Below are positions 24,647-30,472 of a stretch of 30,472 nt of DNA, one piece after another; position 1 is the stretch's first letter; the number at the start of each line of letters is the position of its first letter. Position numbers and translations under genes: made by a program. The stretch is from the IMG/VR virus record IMGVR_UViG_3300043391_000022, positions 1-30,472 of that record. The stretch is one strand, 5' to 3'. The DNA comes from a virus (Duplodnaviria > Caudoviricetes). Under the pieces are notes generated by a model. It was given only the letters and a program-made list of their open reading frames with translations. It had not been told where the DNA came from and made no database searches.

Positions 24647-26827
24647 ATGACTACAGCATATTCAACGCTTCTTGGTTTGGCTCTTCCAGTCACGGGTGAA
24701 CTCTCGGGCACATGGGGAGACACGGTAGACAACGGTATCACAAGGTATCTGGATATTGCTGTTGCGGGAACTGTAACTCTGACCAATGACGGCGCAGTTA
24801 CCCTGTCGCTGACCAACGGCGATGCAAGCGCAACCAACATCGTATCAAGCCTAACAGGCGCGGGGACTGTCACAGCACAGTTTGCCCTCATCCGGGTGAC
24901 GGGAACACTCACAGTTGCTAAAGTGCTGACGGCCCCATCGTCCAGCCGTACATACGTAGTGGTGAATGCTGCTACAGGCAGCACCGTAACAGTTAAAGCA
25001 TCGGGCCAGACGGGTGTTTCTATTGCTGTAGGCGAGACAGCATTTGTTTATTTTAACGGCACGGACTACGCAAAGATTGTGGGTACGGCTACGGCTGGCG
25101 CGGCTGGCGGGTCTACTACGCAGGTTCAGTACAACAATGCTGGTGTCTTAGCAGGAATTACTGGCGCTACAACCAACGGCACAGCACTGACTCTTGTTGC
25201 CCCAATTTTAGGAACCCCCGCCTCCGGTGTAGCAACTAACTTAACAGGTCTACCTCTGACAACTGGAGTCACTGGCATATTACCTACTGCCAATGGCGGT
25301 ACAAACTTGGGTGGTGCTACTCCATTCACTGCTAACGGTGTGGTCTACGCAAGCTCTACAAGTGCATTGGCTACTGGCTCTGCGCTGAGTTTTAACGGGA
25401 CAAATGCTTTAACGCAAACAGCAAATAGTTCTGAAATTTATTTGGCGGGTGGAAGTTCTGCGGCTCAAGGAGGTTACGTGTCAATCTCCCGTGGCGGTAC
25501 AACAAAAGTTATTTTAGGAACTGCAAGCAATGTGATTGGCGGTGGAAGCAATACAAGCGATGACCTAGCTTTATTTGCAACCGCAGAGTCAAGGTTTTAT
25601 GCGTCCAGCACAGAACAAATGCGCCTGACCAGCACAGGGTTGGGTATTGGGACGAGTTCGCCGGGAGAAAAACTGCAAGTCGCTGGGGCCATCCGTGCAA
25701 CAGGTGCGGTCGCTGCAAACGCCACGGGCGGCATTTTGGCTTATCAAGGCTCATCCACTGTAATGCTTGGTTCTTGGGGAGCAGATGCAAGCACCTATGG
25801 AGCAATTCAGTTTTATCAATCAAACAGTACAGGAACGATAAACCGAACAGGAATGTTGCTCGACTCCTCCGGTAACCTTGGACTGGGTGTTACTCCGAGT
25901 GCTTGGAGTGCAAGCTACAGAGCTTTGCAAAGCGGAAATGGGTCTTCGTTTGTTGGGTTTTCTGGAAACGATCAAACATTTGTTGTTAGCAATGCTTACA
26001 ACGATGGCTCATGGAAATATAAAAACACAGCAGGTGCAGGTTATTACGGGATTCAAGGTGTAAGTAGCGGCGTTCACGCTTGGTTCAACGCCCCCTCTGG
26101 CACAGCAGGAAACGCCATCACGTTTACTCAGGCGATGACACTGGATGCCAGTGGGAATTTGGGTATTGGGACGACTTCGCCGGGGGCAAGGCTTGGCGTA
26201 TCAGATGGTAGCACTGCTCTTTTACAAATTGCTCCGAGTGGCGGCGTAACAACTATCTCTAGCCGAAACTCTGCAAATTCTACTTATGTGAGCGCCATTT
26301 CAGACGCTACACAGCACATTTGGAAGGTCTCGGGAACAGAATACGCCCGTATAGACTCAAGCGGTAACTTGTTGGTGGGGACTACAAGCGATGCTGGATT
26401 AGGAATAACATTAAGACCTTCGTCAACAATTATTCAAAACAATAATGCAGAAGCAACAGGCTTTACATTTTCAGCGTTTAGAAGAAGTTCGACAACTATC
26501 GGCTCTATTACCCAATCAGGCACAACAGCAGTCCTGTACAACGTCACATCTGACCAGCGCTTAAAAGAAAACATCCAAGATGCCGCGCCTTCATCTGACC
26601 TAATTGATGCCATTCAAGTACGTCAATACAACTGGAAGTCTGATGGTTCATTCCAGCGTTATGGTTTTGTTGCCCAAGAACTTGTAACTGTTGCTCCTGA
26701 AGCAGTACATCAACCCGCTGACCCTGATGACATGATGGCAGTGGACTACTCCAAACTTGTGCCCATGTTGGTCAAGGAAATTCAATCATTACGTAAACGC
26801 CTTACGGCACTGGAAGGAAAAGCATGA
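24647..26827 (+). CDS. tail fibre with C-terminal intramolecular chaperone (peptidase S74)
   Basis: Repeated (L/I)DxSGNLGIGT modules; SDQRLKENI, YGFVAQEL, VDYSKLVPMLVKEIQ. Confidence 0.9.
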   Translation: MTTAYSTLLGLALPVTGELSGTWGDTVDNGITRYLDIAVAGTVTLTNDGAVTLSLTNGDASATNIVSSLTGAGTVTAQFALIRVTGTLTVAKVLTAPSSSRTYVVVNAATGSTVTVKASGQTGVSIAVGETAFVYFNGTDYAKIVGTATAGAAGGSTTQVQYNNAGVLAGITGATTNGTALTLVAPILGTPASGVATNLTGLPLTTGVTGILPTANGGTNLGGATPFTANGVVYASSTSALATGSALSFNGTNALTQTANSSEIYLAGGSSAAQGGYVSISRGGTTKVILGTASNVIGGGSNTSDDLALFATAESRFYASSTEQMRLTSTGLGIGTSSPGEKLQVAGAIRATGAVAANATGGILAYQGSSTVMLGSWGADASTYGAIQFYQSNSTGTINRTGMLLDSSGNLGLGVTPSAWSASYRALQSGNGSSFVGFSGNDQTFVVSNAYNDGSWKYKNTAGAGYYGIQGVSSGVHAWFNAPSGTAGNAITFTQAMTLDASGNLGIGTTSPGARLGVSDGSTALLQIAPSGGVTTISSRNSANSTYVSAISDATQHIWKVSGTEYARIDSSGNLLVGTTSDAGLGITLRPSSTIIQNNNAEATGFTFSAFRRSSTTIGSITQSGTTAVLYNVTSDQRLKENIQDAAPSSDLIDAIQVRQYNWKSDGSFQRYGFVAQELVTVAPEAVHQPADPDDMMAVDYSKLVPMLVKEIQSLRKRLTALEGKA

Positions 26828-27117
26828 CTACACTCTGGACAATTACACAGACCGACTACCTTGTTGCCGATGGATTTATCCAAACGGCGCATTGGACGGC
26901 AACAGCAACAGACGGCACTTACACTGCCTCTGCCTATTCCACTTGCAGCTTTGCGCTTGCAACCCCCGCCATTCCCTACGCCAGCGTGACTGAGCAAGAG
27001 GTGCTGACTTGGTGCTGGAACAACGGTGTGGACAAGGATGCTACTGAAGCAAGTCTTGCACAACAGATTGAATTGCTCAAGAATCCTGTGACTGCCGCTG
27101 GCGTTCCTTGGGCTTAA
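26824..27117 (+). CDS. tail-fibre-associated small protein
   Basis: ATGA overlap with fibre; IPYASVTEQEVLTW..GVPW. Confidence 0.75.
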   Translation: MTTLWTITQTDYLVADGFIQTAHWTATATDGTYTASAYSTCSFALATPAIPYASVTEQEVLTWCWNNGVDKDATEASLAQQIELLKNPVTAAGVPWA

Positions 27118-27120
27118 TAC

Positions 27121-27157
27121 GGGGTTACGCCGCTGCCCCATTTCAGCGGTACTGGAG
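27121..27157 (+). ncRNA. H-type pseudoknot abutting an RBS
   Basis: gggg(27121-24)/cccc(27136-39); gccgctg(27129-35)/cagcggt(27144-50); GGAG at 27154. Confidence 0.6.
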
Positions 27158-27165
27158 AACTTTAA

Positions 27166-27336
27166 ATGAGTGAAGAACTGAACACGTCCATCAACCTGAC
27201 TTTGCCTTTGGGCGCAGTGAATATGGTTTTGTCTGCTTTGGCTAAAGCGCCTTATGAGCAAGTTGCTGACTTGGTGCAAAACATCAGGGCACAGACAATC
27301 CCACAAATCCCCGCACCTCCAGAGGAGACCGAATAA
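27166..27336 (+). CDS. small protein (56 aa; not in ORF track)
   Basis: MSEELNTSINLTLPLGAVNMVLSALAKAPYEQVADLVQNIRAQTIPQIPAPPEETE*; GGAG RBS. Confidence 0.8.
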   Translation: MSEELNTSINLTLPLGAVNMVLSALAKAPYEQVADLVQNIRAQTIPQIPAPPEETE

Positions 27337-27400
27337 CCCAGACCGTTACTCCGGGTAAAGGGGGTGCTGGCAGACCATCCTATTGGGTTAACGTCTGCCC
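27334..27400 (+). ncRNA. three-way-junction pseudoknot RNA upstream of lysis cassette
   Basis: taaccca/tgggtta, ttact/ggtaa, ggggtg/catcct and loop-tail ggcagac/gtctgcc helices. Confidence 0.6.
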
Positions 27401-27417
27401 CAAATTAAGGAGTTGAT

Positions 27418-27717
27418 ATGGATGACAAAGGCGCTTTGATAGAAAAAATCACGTTTGCTTTGTTGCCATTGCTGTTTTCGTGCGTCGTTTATTTAATGTC
27501 TGCTTTGTCAAATTTAGCGCATGAAGTAACCATTCTGAACAGCAAAATCAGCCTTGTTGTTACGTCAGACAATCGTCAATCACCAAACTCAGGGGCCGAG
27601 CTTGCCCGTGAAAAACTACGCCAAGACTTGGAAAAAGAAATCCAAAAAAACCGCGACGACATTGCAAACAATCGGCAAGACATTGCTCTCATTTACGAAC
27701 GACTGAAAGGAAAATAA
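27418..27717 (+). CDS. membrane-anchored coiled-coil protein (lysis-associated, putative)
   Basis: TM ITFALLPLLFSCVVYLMSAL; TAAGGAG RBS. Confidence 0.7.
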   Translation: MDDKGALIEKITFALLPLLFSCVVYLMSALSNLAHEVTILNSKISLVVTSDNRQSPNSGAELAREKLRQDLEKEIQKNRDDIANNRQDIALIYERLKGK

Positions 27718-28211
27718 TGTTTGATTTACTATCGGGCGGTATTTTAGGATCAATATTTGGCGGTGTATTCCGCCTTGCTCCCGAAGTCTTAAAGTTCTTT
27801 GATAAAAAGAACGAGCGCGAGCATGAGCTTAGTATGTTCAGCCGACAGTGCGAATTGGAAACATTGCGCGGTCAGCAGAAGCTGGCAGAAATTGGCGCTC
27901 AACGTGAAGCGGCAGTTGATGTGGGCGTGATGGATGCGTTCAATGCGGCAATCAATCAGCAAGCTGAAATGGTTAAAGCGGCAGGCGGTTGGGCGGCTAG
28001 TTTATCGGCCTCTGTGCGGCCCTTGGTGACGTATTGGGTCTTGTTCATCTGGTCGTTTGTCCATGTATGGTTTGCGTGGAATGCATGGCTTGCTGGCGCA
28101 GCGCCCGTAACTGTGTTTACAACAATGATGACACCAGACTTCTCTGCGCTGTTAGCAGGAACAATAAATTTTTGGTTTTTGGATCGCACTTTAGCCAAGC
28201 GTGGGTTATGA
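27717..28211 (+). CDS. holin (putative)
   Basis: SASVRPLVTYW, multiple hydrophobic segments, FWFLDR; directly upstream of lysozyme. Confidence 0.65.
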   Translation: MFDLLSGGILGSIFGGVFRLAPEVLKFFDKKNEREHELSMFSRQCELETLRGQQKLAEIGAQREAAVDVGVMDAFNAAINQQAEMVKAAGGWAASLSASVRPLVTYWVLFIWSFVHVWFAWNAWLAGAAPVTVFTTMMTPDFSALLAGTINFWFLDRTLAKRGL

Positions 28212-28651
28212 ACCTAGAGATTGCTGCTGCACTGTGTAAACAGTTTGAAGGCTACAGGGCTAAGCCATATTTGTGCCCGGCGGGTATACCTACAATTGGT
28301 TACGGCTCTACTTACTACGCAGACAAACGCAAGGTAACTTTAGAAGATTCCCCGATGGATGAACCCACGGCAAAGGCTCTGTTGATGATTGAGCTTGAGC
28401 ACACGTACCTGCCCGGCGCTTTACGGAACTGCCCCGGTCTGGTTACAGACGTTCGTAAGTGCAATGCGATTGTAGATTTTGTTTACAACTTGGGTATTGG
28501 GCGCTTGCAAACCTCTACGTTAAAGAGGAAAATCAATGCCAATGATTGGGAGGGAGCAAAAGAACAATTGATGCTCTGGACTAAAGGTGGCGGTCGGGTA
28601 CTGCCGGGACTACTTAAACGCCGCACGGTTGAGTGCGCCCTACTGGATTGA
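28208..28651 (+). CDS. endolysin, GH24 phage lysozyme
   Basis: FEG..KPYLCPAGIPTIGYG (E-x8-C-x5-T), DFVYNLG, LPGLLKRR; likely start ATG 28208 overlapping the holin stop. Confidence 0.93.
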   Translation: MNLEIAAALCKQFEGYRAKPYLCPAGIPTIGYGSTYYADKRKVTLEDSPMDEPTAKALLMIELEHTYLPGALRNCPGLVTDVRKCNAIVDFVYNLGIGRLQTSTLKRKINANDWEGAKEQLMLWTKGGGRVLPGLLKRRTVECALLD

Positions 28652-28654
28652 CTA

Positions 28655-30472
28655 ATGCTCAAGAAATTGACTTTAAAGGCGGGGGTTAACCGTGAAAACA
28701 CTCGGTACACAAACGAGAACGGTTACTACGTCTCCGATAAAGTTCGGTTTCGTCAGAACACGCCAGAAAAAATAGGCGGCTGGACACGCATCTCGGCCAC
28801 TTTTTTTTTAGGTGTATGTCGGTCGTTGTGGAACTGGATTACCCTTGGTGGGGCCAACCTGCTGGGTATCGGTACAAATCTGAAGTTCTACATTGAACAA
28901 GGTGGAGCGTACAGCGACATCACACCGCTTCGCCAAACCGTAACACTTGGTGCAAACCCATTTACCACCGTAAATTTATCCACAACAGTTACAGTTACTG
29001 ACTCTACTGGTGGCTGGGTAAACGGGGACTACGTCACCTATAGTGGCGCTACGGCTGTAGGTGGGTTAACTCTTAACGGGGAATACCAGCTTACTTCTAT
29101 AGGCGTAAGCGCAACTACTTACACAATTCAATCGGCTACAGCGGCAACTTCTTCTGCTACGGGCGGTGGTTCTGCGGTAGTAGCGGCATACCAAATCAAC
29201 GTTGGCCCCGCAATCTTTGTCCCTATAGTTGGTTGGGGCGCAGGTGGGTGGGGTTTGGGTACGTGGGGTGTTGGAGCTTCTTCGGCTTTCCCAATCCGCC
29301 TTTGGAGCCAGATGAACTTTGGTGAAGACTTAATCTTTGGCCCCCGTCAAGGCGCAATTTATTATTGGGTTAGTGCTTCTGGTTTGACTACTCGCGGAGT
29401 CCTGTTGTCTAGCACAGGCGGTTCCGTTACGTTTACCAGTGCCAGCCCTACCGTAGTCACTGCGACCACCACATTTACAGACGGCACAACTTTACAGTTT
29501 GCAGCCACAAGCTCACTTCCAACAGGCATTTCTGCGGCAACAACTTACTATGTGTCCAATGTCAGTGGCTTAACGTTTAAACTGACCGACAGCGCAGGTA
29601 CGTTAATTAACACTTCTTCCACAGGCTCTGGCGTTTACATCTCCAAAATTGTGGATGTTCCAACCGTACAGAACTACCTATTGGTGTCTGATGCGTCAAG
29701 GTTTGTGTTTGCCTTTGGATGTAATGACTACGGCAGTAGCGTCCAAAACCAAATGTTGTTGCGTTGGTCAGATCAGGAAAACGCAAAGCAGTGGACTCCT
29801 GCGGCCACCAATCAAGCAGGCAGTTTGCAGCTTTCACACGGCTCACAGATTATTACTGCCTTGCAGACTCGGCAGGAAATTTTAATCTACACCGATTCAT
29901 CCTTGTACTCGCTTCAATACGCGGGGCCACCTGTAGTATGGAGTTCTCAGTTATTGGGGGATAATATTTCTATTGCCGGAGAAAATGCTGTAGCTCTTGC
30001 TTCTGGTTCAGTTTATTGGATGGGCGTAGACAAGTTCTACAAATACGATGGTCGCGTACAAACACTGCGTTGCGACTTGCTTAAATACGTTTACAACGAC
30101 ATTAACCTTGCTCAAGCCTCTCAATTTTTTGCCAGCACAAACGAAGGTTTCAATGAAATCTGGTTCTTTTATTGTTCAGCCAGTGCAAGCGAAATTGACC
30201 GATACGTTATCTTTAACTATACTGAGAACAACGGCGAAGGCGTATGGTATTACGGCAACATGGTTAGAACCGCATGGCTTGACTCCGGCCTGCGTAACTA
30301 CCCAATAGCTGCAACAGGCATAAACAACATTGTTTACCATGAATTAGGTGTAGACGACAACGCTACAGCCACAACTACTGCAATCAACGCAATCATTGAG
30401 ACCGCTGAATTTGACATTGATGATGGCGACAGCTTTGGATTTGTGCGCCGTATCTTGCCAGACATTACGTTT
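28655..30472 (+). CDS. tail nozzle / DNA-stabilisation-like protein (3' truncated; missing from ORF track)
   Basis: Open frame MLKKLTLKAGVNRENTRY...DKVRFRQNTPEKIGGW...RLWSQMNFGEDL...RWSDQE...RRILPDITF to the window end. Confidence 0.8.
   Translation, partial: MLKKLTLKAGVNRENTRYTNENGYYVSDKVRFRQNTPEKIGGWTRISATFFLGVCRSLWNWITLGGANLLGIGTNLKFYIEQGGAYSDITPLRQTVTLGANPFTTVNLSTTVTVTDSTGGWVNGDYVTYSGATAVGGLTLNGEYQLTSIGVSATTYTIQSATAATSSATGGGSAVVAAYQINVGPAIFVPIVGWGAGGWGLGTWGVGASSAFPIRLWSQMNFGEDLIFGPRQGAIYYWVSASGLTTRGVLLSSTGGSVTFTSASPTVVTATTTFTDGTTLQFAATSSLPTGISAATTYYVSNVSGLTFKLTDSAGTLINTSSTGSGVYISKIVDVPTVQNYLLVSDASRFVFAFGCNDYGSSVQNQMLLRWSDQENAKQWTPAATNQAGSLQLSHGSQIITALQTRQEILIYTDSSLYSLQYAGPPVVWSSQLLGDNISIAGENAVALASGSVYWMGVDKFYKYDGRVQTLRCDLLKYVYNDINLAQASQFFASTNEGFNEIWFFYCSASASEIDRYVIFNYTENNGEGVWYYGNMVRTAWLDSGLRNYPIAATGINNIVYHELGVDDNATATTTAINAIIETAEFDIDDGDSFGFVRRILPDITF

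Noticed and set aside
27115-27168. Stop-codon readthrough stimulated by the pseudoknot
   Set aside because: A second in-frame TAA at 27163-65 blocks fusion to the next gene, which has its own RBS.
28801-28809. T9 homopolymer as phase-variation site
   Set aside because: In frame in a probably essential gene; a single short run is weak evidence.
1-30472. Prophage, tRNA or genetic-code reassignment
   Set aside because: No integrase, att site, host genes or tRNA seen; long genes read through under the standard code and TAA, TGA and TAG all end genes.

Overview
The window is about 30 kb of a tailed dsDNA phage genome, podovirus-like and probably from an uncultured aquatic proteobacterial phage (host is an inference). 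Left to right: (1) a + strand replication block (ParB-like protein, SF2 helicase, Toprim primase); (2) a convergent - strand operon of 13 small early genes (3433-6888); (3) a divergent control region with TTGCAA-type sigma70 promoters, palindromes and repeats; (4) terS, a LexA-type HTH gene, terL, portal, GroES, scaffold, decoration protein and a Mu-gpT-like major capsid protein; (5) a pseudoknotted RNA downstream of the capsid gene; (6) a glycosyltransferase and a cluster of small Lys/Gly/Met-rich proteins sharing two short linear motifs; (7) head-tail and tail genes with a free-standing LAGLIDADG endonuclease, and a tail fibre with an S74 chaperone; (8) two more pseudoknotted RNAs, holin and lysozyme; (9) a tail nozzle-like gene running off the right edge, which the ORF track misses. 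The most interesting signals are the shared peptide motifs (candidate capsid cargo-loading or processing system), recurrent pseudoknots just before Shine-Dalgarno sites (including a complex one in front of the lysis cassette), and twin TGTAAC-NN-GTTACA palindromes flanking terS next to a LexA-like regulator. No integrase, tRNA or CRISPR array was seen. All family assignments are from motif recognition by eye; no searches were run.
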